Shown piece after piece: positions 27,590-37,950 of a stretch of 45,317 nt of DNA. The position numbers and the translations under genes were made by a program. The notes under the pieces are model-generated. The model saw only the letters and a list, made by a program, of their open reading frames with translations. It was not told the origin of the DNA and searched no databases. The stretch lies in contig CAVQSP010000005.1 of the NCBI GenBank assembly GCA_963715985.1, positions 1 through 45,317 on the forward strand, written 5' to 3'. Source of the stretch: an uncultured Thermoleophilia bacterium (GTDB taxonomy: Bacteria; Actinomycetota; Thermoleophilia; UBA2241). Every line of letters begins with the position of its first letter. Position 1 is the stretch's first letter.

Positions 27590-28849
27590 ATGCATGATGG
27601 ACCGCACCGCGTGGTGATCACGGGAGCGGGCATCATCTGCCCCTTGGGCAACGACGCCGAGAGCGTCTGGCGCAGGCTCGTGGCCGGGCAGAGCGGCATC
27701 GCGCCGATCACCCGCTTCGACACCTCACGCGTGGAGTCCCGCATCGCCGGCGAGGTCAAGGACTTCGATCCGGGGGACTACCTGGATCGACGCGCGGCGC
27801 GCCGCATGGACGCATATTCGCACTACGCCGTCGCGGCGGCGCGCCAAGCGGTGGACGAGGCCGGACTCGACGTCGGCGCCGAAGCGGAGGACATCGGCGC
27901 CGTCGTGGCGAGCGGCGGCGGGGGGCTCACCACCTTCGAACAGCAGTCGCGCGTGCTCCTCGAGCAAGGACCGCAGCGCATGAGCCCGTTCTTCGCCACG
28001 ATGATGATCCCCAACATGGCCGCGGCGCACGTCTCGCTGGAGCTCGGGACGAAGGGCCCGCTGAACGCCGTGTGCACCGCGTGCTCCGCCGGCGCGTCCG
28101 CGATCGGCGACGCCTTCGAGATCGTCCGGCGCGGCGCCGCCGTGGCGATGCTGGCCGGCGGCGCCGAAGCGCCGATCTGCGAGACCGGCGTCGCCGCATT
28201 CGGAGCGATGCGCGCGCTCAGCACCCGCAATGAGGCGCCGGAGGCGGCGTCGCGGCCCTTCGACGCCGGACGCGACGGCTTCGTGATCGCGGAGGGCGCG
28301 GGCGTGCTCGTGCTCGAGGAGCTCGAGCACGCCCGCGCCCGCGGCGCCCGCATCCAGGCCGAGATCGTCGGCTACGGCATGAGCTCGGAGGCCTTCCACG
28401 TCGCGCTCCCCGACGAGACCGGCACCTCACAGGCGCGCGCCATGCTCGCGGCCCTGCGCGAGGCGGGCCTGACGCCCGACGACGTCGACTACGTGAACGC
28501 CCACGGCACCGCGACACCGGCCGGCGATGTGGCCGAGACGCGCGCCCTCAAGATCGCCCTGGGCCTGCGCGCCTCCCAGGTGCCCGTCTCGTCGACCAAG
28601 TCGATGACGGGGCACCCCCTCGGTGCCGCCGGCGCCATCGAGGCGCTCTTCTGCGTGCGCGCCATCACCACCGGCGTCGTGCCGCCGACGATCAACCTCA
28701 CCGATCCGGACCCCGAGTGCGACCTGGACTACGTGCCCAACGTGTCGCGGGCGCTCTCGGTGGGCACGGCCATGTCCAACTCGTTCGGCTTCGGCGGCCA
28801 CGATGTCTCTCTCGTGTTCCGCCGCTTCACTGAGGAGGGCACGGGGTGA
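27590..28849 (+). CDS. fabF: Beta-ketoacyl-ACP synthase II
   Basis: RVVITG, catalytic [36 protein letters not shown]. Confidence 0.95.
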   Translation: MHDGPHRVVITGAGIICPLGNDAESVWRRLVAGQSGIAPITRFDTSRVESRIAGEVKDFDPGDYLDRRAARRMDAYSHYAVAAARQAVDEAGLDVGAEAEDIGAVVASGGGGLTTFEQQSRVLLEQGPQRMSPFFATMMIPNMAAAHVSLELGTKGPLNAVCTACSAGASAIGDAFEIVRRGAAVAMLAGGAEAPICETGVAAFGAMRALSTRNEAPEAASRPFDAGRDGFVIAEGAGVLVLEELEHARARGARIQAEIVGYGMSSEAFHVALPDETGTSQARAMLAALREAGLTPDDVDYVNAHGTATPAGDVAETRALKIALGLRASQVPVSSTKSMTGHPLGAAGAIEALFCVRAITTGVVPPTINLTDPDPECDLDYVPNVSRALSVGTAMSNSFGFGGHDVSLVFRRFTEEGTG

Positions 28850-29646
28850 CGACCGGCCTGTTCGACGGCAAGACGGCGCTCGTCGTCGGCGTGGCGAACG
28901 GGAGCTCCATCGCGTGGGGCATCGCCCGGGCGCTCCACGACGAAGGGGCGCTGCTCGGCTTCTCGTATGCCACCCCCGGCCTGGAGCGCCGCGTGAGACC
29001 GCTGGCCGAGAGCGTCGGCGCGGAACTGATCGAGGAGTGCGATGCGACCGACGATGCGGCCCTGGACCGTCTGTTCGAGCGCGTGGGGCAGGTCTTCGGA
29101 TCGCTCGACGTGCTGGTGCACGCGATAGCCTTCGCGCCCAGACAGGAGCTCATCGAGCGCTTCGTGCGCACCACCCGGGAAGGCTTCCATGAGGCGCTGG
29201 ACGTCAGCGCCTACTCGCTGGTCGCGCTGGCCCGCCGCGCCGCGCCGCTCATGCCGCCCGGCAGTGCGATACTCACCCTGACCGCCCACGGCAGCGTCGT
29301 GGTGCTGCCCCACTACAACGTCATGGGCGTCGCCAAGGCCGCCCTCGAGGCCTGCGTGCGCTACCTCGCCGACGACCTCGGCCCTCAGGGGATCCGCGTC
29401 AACGCCCTGTCGCCGGGGGCGGTCAAGACTCTTGCGGCCACCGCAGTGCCGGGCTTTCGCGACGCCTACCGCCACAACGAGAAGGTCGTCCCGCTGCGCA
29501 CGAACGTCACCGCGGACGATGTGGGTCGGACCGCGCTGTGGCTGTGCTCGGACTGGGCGCGGGCCGTGACCGGCGAGATCGTCTACGTGGACGCCGGCTA
29601 CCACATCCTCGGCTCGACGACGACGCCGGACGACCTCGACCGCTAG
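28846..29646 (+). CDS. fabI: Enoyl-ACP reductase
   Basis: [49 protein letters not shown]; GTGA overlap with fabF. Confidence 0.92.
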   Translation: MTTGLFDGKTALVVGVANGSSIAWGIARALHDEGALLGFSYATPGLERRVRPLAESVGAELIEECDATDDAALDRLFERVGQVFGSLDVLVHAIAFAPRQELIERFVRTTREGFHEALDVSAYSLVALARRAAPLMPPGSAILTLTAHGSVVVLPHYNVMGVAKAALEACVRYLADDLGPQGIRVNALSPGAVKTLAATAVPGFRDAYRHNEKVVPLRTNVTADDVGRTALWLCSDWARAVTGEIVYVDAGYHILGSTTTPDDLDR

Positions 29647-31355
29647 GCCCTGTCCTCCACCAGCTGCTGCTTGATCTCGCGCTTGAGCACCTTGCCGACG
29701 GCGTTGCGGGGCAGGCTCTGCACGCAGACCAGCTTGCGGGGCAGCTTGTAGGCGGCGATGTCCTTCTCCTTGAGGAAGGCGGTCACGTCGCTCAGCTTGA
29801 CCTCCTCCCCCTCCTTGGGCACCACGATGGCCGTGACGACCTCCTCGCCGAGCCTGCGGCCGTCGGGCACTCCGACCACCGCGACATCCTCGATCAGCGG
29901 GTGGTCGGCGAGGAGGTACTCGATCTCCTCCGGCGCGATGTTCATCCCGCCCCGGATGATGAGGTTCTTGAGGCGGCCGACGAACCGGTACCGGTCGTCG
30001 CCCTCACCGGCGACGGCGAAGAGGTCGCCCGTGAGGAAGTAGCCGTCGGCGTCGAACGCCGCCTCGGTCAGCTCGGGCCGCCGCCAGTACCCTGAGAAGA
30101 CGGTCGCGCCGCGGATCGCGAGCTCACCGGGCGCGCCCGGCTCGGTGACGATCGCTCGCGTCTCCGGGTCGAGCAGCTTGGTCTCGATCGTCCCGGCCAC
30201 GCGGTTCGACCACTTCAGGCCCGGCACGCCCAGACGCGGGAAATAGAGCGCCCGTTCCTCCGGATCGGGGATGTCGACCGGATCGCTGACCAGCGCCGTG
30301 CCTTCGTTGGCGCCGAAGAAGTTGAGGATGGGGATGCCGTGTCGCTCCTGCCACTGCGCGACCATCCAGGGGGAGAGAGGCGCCGATCCGGAGCCGATGT
30401 TCCTGATGTGGCTGAGATCGGCGTTCTCCAGGAGGCCGGGCCTCATCAGCAGGAGGTTGAGGAGCACGGGCGGCGCGACCGTGTACGTCACCTTCTCGCC
30501 GCCCAGCTGCGCCAGGAAGACCGGGAGGTCCAACGGCTGATGCATGACCAGCGTGCCGCACTTCAACAGCCAAGGCACCAGCATGCCGCCGATCGCCGAC
30601 ATATTGACCAGAGGGAAGGGGTTCAGCAGCGTGTCGCCCTCCTCCAACCCAGCCGCATCGACGGTGGCCCACGCGATCGCGATCCACAGGTTGTGGCTGC
30701 GGGGCACGCCCTTGGGCTCGGCCACCGTCCCAGAGGTCCAGCAGATCGTGTACACGTCGTTGGCCGAGACCGGATGCGCGGCCACATAGGCATCCACGCC
30801 GCTCGTGTCGACGTCCCCATCGAGGATAGCGGCCAGCGAGCGCACGCCGGCCGGCAGGTCGTCACCGAGGGCGATGACGTGTCGCAGTGAGGAGAACTCG
30901 GGGCGCAGACCCTGCACCATCTCGACATGGTCGTGGCCGCCGAAGCTCCCTGCGGTGACGAAGACCTTGGGCTCCGTGAGGCCCATCGCCTGGCGCAGCT
31001 CATGTGTGCGGAACTGCACCGGAAGCGGCGTGAGGATCGCGCCGATCCGGGCGCACGCGAGGTAGACGACGACCAGCTCGACGACGTTCGGCAGCTGCAC
31101 CATCACGACGTCGTCCTTGCCGACGCCCGACTCGATGAGCGCCATCGCGAGACGGTCGGTGACCGTCTTCAGCTCGGCGAAGGTCAGCCGCCGCGGCTCA
31201 CCGGCCGCCAGGCCGGCACGGTTGGGCGGATCGACCACCGCCAGGGCATGCGGCGCTCTGAGCACGTCGTCGAGGAACAGATCGGCGAGGGTCTGCGTTC
31301 CCCACCAACCGCGTTGCGTGTAGTCGGTGACGAGACCCGCGGTCTCGAGGATCAT
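29643..31355 (-). CDS. AMP-forming acyl-CoA synthetase (FadK/cyclohexanecarboxylate-CoA ligase-like)
   Basis: RBS GGAGGA; [44 protein letters not shown]. Confidence 0.93.
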   Translation of the reverse strand: MILETAGLVTDYTQRGWWGTQTLADLFLDDVLRAPHALAVVDPPNRAGLAAGEPRRLTFAELKTVTDRLAMALIESGVGKDDVVMVQLPNVVELVVVYLACARIGAILTPLPVQFRTHELRQAMGLTEPKVFVTAGSFGGHDHVEMVQGLRPEFSSLRHVIALGDDLPAGVRSLAAILDGDVDTSGVDAYVAAHPVSANDVYTICWTSGTVAEPKGVPRSHNLWIAIAWATVDAAGLEEGDTLLNPFPLVNMSAIGGMLVPWLLKCGTLVMHQPLDLPVFLAQLGGEKVTYTVAPPVLLNLLLMRPGLLENADLSHIRNIGSGSAPLSPWMVAQWQERHGIPILNFFGANEGTALVSDPVDIPDPEERALYFPRLGVPGLKWSNRVAGTIETKLLDPETRAIVTEPGAPGELAIRGATVFSGYWRRPELTEAAFDADGYFLTGDLFAVAGEGDDRYRFVGRLKNLIIRGGMNIAPEEIEYLLADHPLIEDVAVVGVPDGRRLGEEVVTAIVVPKEGEEVKLSDVTAFLKEKDIAAYKLPRKLVCVQSLPRNAVGKVLKREIKQQLVEDRA

Positions 31356-31457
31356 AGGTCCTCCTGCGTCGGCCGGCGTGCAGCCGGGTGGGGAATGGAG
31401 CACTCCGACAGACTATAGGCAGGCGCGGCGGAGACGGCAACAGGGCGCGGGCGGCGG

Positions 31458-31883
31458 CTAGCTGCCGATGCCGCCGAGCAGCTCGCGCACCCAGTCGGGC
31501 AGCCGCATAGCGCAGGCTGTACCGGTCTCGATCACCGCCATCCGCGTCCACCCCGTGGCCAGCAGAAGCCCGTCGCGCTCGACCTCATAGCTGAACGAGA
31601 ACGAGGCCGGCCCTATCCTGTCAAGGAGCACGCTGACCTCGAGCAGATCATCGAGATTGGCCGGCTGCAGGCACCTGACGCGCGCCTCCACGACCGGCAT
31701 GAGCACGCCGCGATCCGCGAACTCGCCGACCGGCACGCCGAGGCCGCGCAGCGCCTCGACGCGCGCGACCTCGAAGTAGGTGAGATACCTGGCGTGATGG
31801 ACGGCCCCGGAGGCGTCCGTGTCGGCGAAGCGCACGCGCACGGGGATGGTGAAGCGCGTGGGTCGAGAGTCCGGCGTGCTCAC
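31458..31883 (-). CDS. Acyl-CoA thioesterase (4HBT/YbgC hotdog family); apparently leaderless
   Basis: VRVRFADTDASGAVHHARYLTYFEVAR; TACACT 7 nt upstream of GTG. Confidence 0.92.
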   Translation of the reverse strand: MSTPDSRPTRFTIPVRVRFADTDASGAVHHARYLTYFEVARVEALRGLGVPVGEFADRGVLMPVVEARVRCLQPANLDDLLEVSVLLDRIGPASFSFSYEVERDGLLLATGWTRMAVIETGTACAMRLPDWVRELLGGIGS

Positions 31884-32074
31884 GCGGCGCAGTGTAGCAC
31901 GGGGTGGAGGCAGCGGGCCGAGCGATGCCCCATCTCCACCGAGAAGAACGCGCGCATGTTCGGCATCGGGCCCTCAGGGCACGAAGTCCCGGGAGCTGGG
32001 TGGCCGATCAAGGATGAGAGGCAAGCCCGTCGCAGAGGGTCCGCAGCCGGTGCGCGATAGAAGACACACTGGCG

Positions 32075-32124
32075 CAAAGAAGCGGAAGGGGCGCGGCTCC
32101 GTCCCGGAGCCGCGCCCCTTCCGC
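32075..32124 (-). terminator. Rho-independent terminator
   Basis: gcggaaggggcgcggctcc-gtccc-ggagccgcgccccttccgc followed by TTCTTTG on the minus strand. Confidence 0.85.
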
Positions 32125-32148
32125 ACACCGCTGCTACCAGCCCGGATG

Positions 32149-32397
32149 TCAGTAGTACATGGTCTGGTAGCTGGAACTGCTCGTACCGCCGTCCGGATTC
32201 AAATACGGGCACTGATGCGCCCGCAGGAACGGGCACTCGGTGGCCGAGCCGGAGCCCTGCGACGGGGCCGGGGCCGCGGTCGACGGCCCGCTCGGGGCCG
32301 GCGAGCCGTTCGCGGCCGCAAGCGCCATGGGAACAAGCCAGACGGCCAGGATCAGGACGAGAACGGCGATGACGCCGATGAGGTACTTCTTGCGCAT
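32149..32397 (-). CDS. Small secreted or membrane-anchored protein with twin CP(F/Y)L motifs
   Basis: RBS AAGGAGG; MRKK plus hydrophobic signal; Pro/Ser linker; ECPFL..QCPYL; own terminator. Confidence 0.75.
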   Translation of the reverse strand: MRKKYLIGVIAVLVLILAVWLVPMALAAANGSPAPSGPSTAAPAPSQGSGSATECPFLRAHQCPYLNPDGGTSSSSYQTMYY

Positions 32398-32748
32398 GGT
32401 GGACCCTCCTTGGCATGGGAGTCGCGTGCCGGAGTTCTTCCCAGTGCGCGCGGCGGCCAAGCGCCCGTGACGCTGGAGCACGAAGCCGACTGGTGCCCTC
32501 GTTTGACGTGTTCTTGCCCGCACGTCGTATGGTCCACGTCGGACGCGAACGGCGCGGTGTCGCAAGCAGAGAGGCCATCGATTCACGTGAAGAGGCTGAC
32601 CGGGAAGCGCTCGGCCGCAGCTCACTCGTCGTTCGTGAGCGGAACGACCGTCTCGCGCACGCCGCGGTAGACCCCACCCTCGTCCGACGCCCCGAGGCTC
32701 GGCACGTGAGGCGAGAGGGGCGTCTCGTCGGTCTGGTCGGGCGCGCCG

Positions 32749-33234
32749 TCAGGCGACGGGGCCGGTCGAGGCGTTGACCTCGTCGGCCAGAGCCAGGACC
32801 TCTGCGTTCTCGGGGATGTCGCTCATGTCGTGTCCGTAATGGACGAAACGCGCGACCCCGGCCTTGTCGATGAACACCTGGGCCGGCATCCGTCCGAGCT
32901 TGAACAGCTTCACCTCCTGCCCGTAGAGCTTGAGCACGCTGTGCTTGGGGTCGGGAAGGCCGACGAACGGCAGGGACTCGTTGCGCCAGTAGTCGGCAAA
33001 CGCGTCCGCGTCCTCGGGGCCGACCACCACGACTTCGATGTCGCGGGCGACGAACTGGGAGTAGTCATGGCGCAACTGCGCCATATGCCTGCGGCAGAAC
33101 GGTCAGCGGAAGGTGCGGTTGAAGACCAACAGGACGTTCTTCCTGCCACGGAAGTCCGAGAGGCTGACCATGCGGCCGGAGAAATCGGGCAGGCTGAAGT
33201 CGGGGGCGATCTGGTGCAAGGACACGCGGGGCAT
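32749..33234 (-). CDS. Selenocysteine-containing peroxiredoxin-like (AhpC/TSA, redoxin) protein, UxxC motif, 161 aa with Sec44
   Basis: RBS [86 protein letters not shown] reads continuously through TGA 33105-33103; hairpin directly downstream. Confidence 0.9.
33067..33105 (-). promoter_or_regulatory. Bacterial SECIS-like element
   Basis: ATGGCGC-AGTT-GCGCCAT perfect 7-bp stem with a G-containing loop, 25 nt 3' of the in-frame UGA. Confidence 0.8.
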
Positions 33235-33386
33235 CGTGATCTCCTTCTGGCGCGGCGGGATGTCGTCGTTGCAGTCAGGACTATCACACCTCGGTCGGCG
33301 CCGCCTCGATCTGGCCCCGCTCGTCGGCTCTGATGAGGCCGTCCGCGTCGGAGCGGTCGGCCCGCTCTCAGGAACGAGGGCGCGGC

Positions 33387-34241
33387 TTACCCGTCGAGGC
33401 CGAGACCCCCGGCAGAAGGCTCGTCCCCTGGGGCGCACAGCGCCGCGAACGCGCGCAGCGCTGGAGCGGCATGTCTCCCGGCATACGGTGTGCCGTGGCC
33501 GGTCGCCAGGACCCACGGGTCGAGCTCGGCCAGGGCGACGACCGACGCGGCCGCATCTCGCCAGTCACAGGTGAAGACGGTCGGTGGACCCGAGAGCCGC
33601 TGCTTGCGGCGCACCAGGTCCCAGAGCCAGCCGGCCCCGCGACCGCCGAGACGGCTCGACCAGGCCATCGTCAGGACGGCGTCGCCGGCGATCAGCGTTC
33701 TGTCGCCGGGCCGGAAGAAGGCGACATGGCCCGGCGTGTGCCCGGGTGTCGGAACGCAGACCCACTCGGGCAGGCCGGGCACGCCGGCTTGGGGGTCGAA
33801 GGGCCGGACGGCAGCGCCGAGATCGCTGCCGCGGACCAGCGCCTCCATGGCCCGCCGCGGCAGCACCCGCGCCAGCCAGGCGACCAGCGGCTCGGGGTAG
33901 AGGGCCGTGCCGTCGATGAACGGCATCTCGCCCGCCGGGGCCAGGATCGGCACGTTCCACGCAGCGGCCAGGCCGACGGCGCTGCCGACGTGATCGGGAT
34001 GACCGTGCGTGATGAGGATCGCTTCCGGCCGGCCTGCCACGCCGCACAGCCGTCCGGCGGTCTCGGCGATGATCCGCCCCGAGCCGGGGAACCCGGCATC
34101 GATAAGCACCCAGGACTCCCCCGAGCGCACGAAGTAGACGTTGGTGCCGCGGATCGGCAGCCGGTGCACGCCGCGGGCGACCTCGACACTCCTTGCCGAG
34201 CTTCTCGCCGACACTCCGCTCCCCCTCGATGCTCCCATCAT
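33387..34241 (-). CDS. MBL-fold metallo-hydrolase (exact start uncertain)
   Basis: NVYFV, LIDAG, THGHPDHVG, TPGHTPGH, IAGDA, ATGHG. Confidence 0.93.
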   Translation of the reverse strand: MMGASRGSGVSARSSARSVEVARGVHRLPIRGTNVYFVRSGESWVLIDAGFPGSGRIIAETAGRLCGVAGRPEAILITHGHPDHVGSAVGLAAAWNVPILAPAGEMPFIDGTALYPEPLVAWLARVLPRRAMEALVRGSDLGAAVRPFDPQAGVPGLPEWVCVPTPGHTPGHVAFFRPGDRTLIAGDAVLTMAWSSRLGGRGAGWLWDLVRRKQRLSGPPTVFTCDWRDAAASVVALAELDPWVLATGHGTPYAGRHAAPALRAFAALCAPGDEPSAGGLGLDG

Positions 34242-34371
34242 GCCGTCGGCCGTTGCGGGGCGGCCGTCGATCCTCTCTCTCCTCAGCTTCTCCTGGCCCG
34301 CCGCACCGCGTCAGCGAACTGATCGACGCGAGATCGCAAGCAGCCGCAGCAGGCTAGGCAGTCGCTCCTCG

Positions 34372-34590
34372 CTACCGTCGCCGGCCGAGCGTGAAGTACG
34401 CGATCGGCCCTGCGAAGCTGACGAATGCCAGCGCGGTCCACATCCGCTTCGAGCCTTTGATCCGATCGGCCGGTCGACGCCTGATATCGATGAGCGTCGC
34501 CACCAGGAGAGCGATCTCGACTACTCCGGCGACAACGATGAGCCTGCGGCTGAGCCTGCTCCGCTCGCTCCACTTCTTCCCGGCGCTCAT
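34372..34590 (-). CDS. PLDc_N (phospholipase D N-terminal-like) small membrane protein
   Basis: RBS GGAGG; LIDIRRRPADRIKGSKRMW..GPIAYF..GRRR. Confidence 0.82.
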   Translation of the reverse strand: MSAGKKWSERSRLSRRLIVVAGVVEIALLVATLIDIRRRPADRIKGSKRMWTALAFVSFAGPIAYFTLGRRR

Positions 34591-34751
34591 GACACCCTCC
34601 GCGTAGATGGCTGGATCCCTGATGGTCCGCACTCTACATCGGGGTGCCGGCGACGCGAGACCCCGTGTCAAGAGATTGTTCGTGGACGCGCGACGATGAG
34701 GCCTTCTCGAAAGGGCAGCAGCCCGGCCCGTGGACCCTCCCGACCGAAGCG

Positions 34752-34931
34752 CTACCTGCGGGTGAATCTGCTCCCGACGGCTCCGACCGCGCCCATTACG
34801 ACGATCAGCATGAGCACCCAGCCGAGCGCGGCCCACCCGCCGCCGGCGCGGATGGCGAACACGCCTGCTACGAACAGCACAACGCCGATGGCGACCGCGC
34901 CGACGAACGCGTTTCGTTCCGGACCAGCCAT
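34752..34931 (-). CDS. 59-aa two-TM small membrane protein, leaderless
   Basis: TAGAAT 7 nt upstream of ATG; MAGPERNAFVGAVAIGVVLFVAGVFAIRAGGGWAALGWVLMLIVV; homologous copy at 39402-39500. Confidence 0.7.
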   Translation of the reverse strand: MAGPERNAFVGAVAIGVVLFVAGVFAIRAGGGWAALGWVLMLIVVMGAVGAVGSRFTRR

Positions 34932-34939
34932 GACCGCGA
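34841..34939. repeat. 99-bp dispersed direct repeat, copy 1
   Basis: 86/99 identical to 39402-39500 by my manual count. Confidence 0.9.
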
Positions 34940-34941
34940 TT

Positions 34942-35403
34942 CTACCTCCGCCGGGACCGGGCGGCATGCTGTTGGGGCTCGGCTTGAGCGGGGCCCTGGG
35001 CCGCACCACTGCAGACTGCCTCGAGGCGATGGCCTTCTGGATCGACCACGAACGCAGCGAAGTAGTCGGGGCCGTAGTGCTCGCGCAGACCCGGCGGGCC
35101 ATCGTCGATACCGCCGGCCAGGAGCGCAGCAGCATGAAACGCGGTGACGGCAGCGCGCGTCTCCGCCGCGAACGCTACGTGCAGGCCGGGTACAGGGCCC
35201 GTGCTTCCTTCTGGGATCTGCTTGATCGCCAGCTCGTCAGCGCCGCCCGGGAGCCCGTAACCGACTGCTTGTCCTTCCTGGCCCGGCCTCAGGTCGCTCC
35301 AGACTCGACCATAGCCCAGCGGGGCCAGAGCCCTGTCGTAGAACTCGGCGGCCCTCTCGATGCTCACGAAACCGAGCGAGATGTGGTGGAGCATGTGTGA
35401 CAT
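34942..35403 (-). CDS. VOC/glyoxalase-family protein
   Basis: LHHISLG..FYDRALAPLG, HVAFAA, GGIDDGPPGLREHYGPDYFAAFVVDPEGHRLEAV. Confidence 0.92.
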   Translation of the reverse strand: MSHMLHHISLGFVSIERAAEFYDRALAPLGYGRVWSDLRPGQEGQAVGYGLPGGADELAIKQIPEGSTGPVPGLHVAFAAETRAAVTAFHAAALLAGGIDDGPPGLREHYGPDYFAAFVVDPEGHRLEAVCSGAAQGPAQAEPQQHAARSRRR

Positions 35404-35507
35404 GCAGCCTGGCTTTCTGCGCCATGAGTCGCACCCTCGTCTGCCCATGACGATAGCACCCCGCCCGGACGACCGTCGCGGACGGTCTGTGAGGGAAGCC
35501 CGGCGGC

Positions 35508-35924
35508 TCAGCCGACCTCGGCATCGGCGAGGTGGAATGCGAAGGCCCCGTTGTGCACATACACCAGCCGGCAGGCATTCACGTAGTTGGCGTCGTGGAC
35601 GCGGCCTGCGCGGATATAGCCGACATCGCCCTTGTCGAGGGAGACCCGCTCTCCATCGGGGACCAGTGAGCGCCCTTCCCGGCGATAGAACTGGATCGAC
35701 ACCTTACCTTCGACGACGACGGTCATGTCGTCGCCCGGGTGTGAGTGAGGCGGCTCCTCGGTACCCGCCTGCCAGCGCTCGAGCATCACCTCTACCCCGT
35801 CCGGGTTCGTTGGGTAGGTGGTGCGGACCGTGAATCCCTCTGGCGTACCTGGAGCGGGGACGTGGTTGCTCCACACCTCGCTGGTCGCTGAAGTGACTTC
35901 TTGAGTCGCGTCATCGACGGGCAT
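35508..35924 (-). CDS. Cupin-domain protein
   Basis: RBS GAGGAG; PPHSHPGDDMTVVVEG..GDVGYIRAGRVH. Confidence 0.85.
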   Translation of the reverse strand: MPVDDATQEVTSATSEVWSNHVPAPGTPEGFTVRTTYPTNPDGVEVMLERWQAGTEEPPHSHPGDDMTVVVEGKVSIQFYRREGRSLVPDGERVSLDKGDVGYIRAGRVHDANYVNACRLVYVHNGAFAFHLADAEVG

Positions 35925-36241
35925 CGTCTGACTCCTCTCGTGAGAGTGACGGGCGCGCCACGGCAAGGTCGGGTGAGAGGTCGCGGACCGGGGCAGATGT
36001 CACTCGATGTCGCCGTAGGCCCCGGAGCAGTCCGGCGGGCGTGGCCTCGCCGTACTCGAAGCGCGTCATCGCTCCTCCTTCACCGCACCTGAGCGAGTCC
36101 TCCCGCGCGGTCGCGCGATCCTCGGTTCCTACCCGGGGGCGGAGAGTACCTCACCCGATGCAGTCGATCCTGGACGACTGGGGCCGATCGGACATCCTTG
36201 ATTCCGAGGGCACCGACGAGGCGACGGGACGGACGGGGCGC

Positions 36242-36670
36242 TCAGACGTTGTAGGCTTCGCGCCCCAGGACCTTCACCCAGTTGTCCGCCAGCACCTGCT
36301 GGGCCTCTTCGGGCTTGTCGACGCCCAGGATGACGATGGCCTCGTCGTTGATCCGGCCCAGGTGGGGGTAGAGGTAGTGGACGTTGATGCCGGCCGCCTT
36401 CAGTGGCTTCAGCACCGCGCTGACGCTGCCCGGATGGTCCGGTATCTCGACGGCAAGGACGTCGATCTCCTTGGGATCGTAGCCGGCGCCCGTAAGGATG
36501 TTCCTGGCCTTCTCGTGGTCGTCGACGACGAACCGGACGGTGCTGATGTCGGAGGTGTCGGCCACCGAGATCGCTCTGATGTTCACGCCTTCCCGTCCCA
36601 GAAGCTCGCTGATGGTGGCGAAGCTCCCCGGGACGTTGGCGAGGCTCACGGACAACTGCCTGATGGACAT
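36242..36670 (-). CDS. Tandem ACT-domain protein
   Basis: IRQLSVSLANVPG..GVNIRAISVADT..DHPGS..INVHYLY. Confidence 0.92.
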   Translation of the reverse strand: MSIRQLSVSLANVPGSFATISELLGREGVNIRAISVADTSDISTVRFVVDDHEKARNILTGAGYDPKEIDVLAVEIPDHPGSVSAVLKPLKAAGINVHYLYPHLGRINDEAIVILGVDKPEEAQQVLADNWVKVLGREAYNV

Positions 36671-36676
36671 GCGGCC

Positions 36677-37209
36677 TCAGTCCTTTGTGTAGTCGTGGCC
36701 CAGGGCGAGGGCTCTCTTGTTGAGGTCCAGGAGCTTGGCTCTGCCTTTGCCGAGGATCTCGGCGAGGTTCTCCACCATGGCGTCGTAGGAGATCATGCTG
36801 CTCGCCCTGACCAGGGCTCCGAGCATGATCATGTTGGCCACCTTGATGGAGCCCAGCTGCTCCGCCAGCTCGCTCGTGGGGACCGCGAGGATCTCGATGT
36901 CGCTCCTCGCCGACTCGGTGTGCACGAGCGACGAGTTGGCGCAGAGAAGGCCCCCCGACTGCAGAGCGCCCTGGAACCTGACGAAGGAGGGCTGGTTCAT
37001 GGCGATGACGACTTCCGGCGACGACGCCACGGGGGAGGCGATCTCCTCGTCGGAGACGGCGACGGCGCAGTTGGCGGTGCCGCCCCGCACCTCCACGCCG
37101 TAGCTGGGCAGGTAGGTGACGTACTTGCCCTCGAGCATGGCTGCGGTGGCCAGGGTGGATCCCATGGAGAGGACGCCCTGCCCTCCGGATCCCGAGATGA
37201 TGGTCTTCG

Positions 37210-37216
<7 letters not shown>
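36677..37216 (-). CDS. 2-oxoacid:ferredoxin oxidoreductase gamma subunit
   Basis: SGSGGQGV, PSYGVEVRGGTANC, ANMIMLGA. Confidence 0.95.

Positions 37217-37946
<730 letters not shown>

Positions 37947-37950
<4 letters not shown>

Noticed and set aside
26513-31883. Ladderane- or polyketide-type biosynthetic cluster interpretation
   Set aside because: No radical SAM enzyme, desaturase, ACP or chain-length factor is present.
32400-32745. Long intergenic region, possible riboswitch or ncRNA
   Set aside because: No recognisable riboswitch core. Part of it (32623-32760) may instead be a C-terminal extension of the redoxin hidden by a homopolymer indel; neither reading is supportable without reads.
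35966-36002. TGA at 36002-36000 in frame with the cupin as a further Sec codon
   Set aside because: The upstream ATG is out of frame as written, there is no redox-motif context, and the cupin has its own RBS and ATG at 35924.
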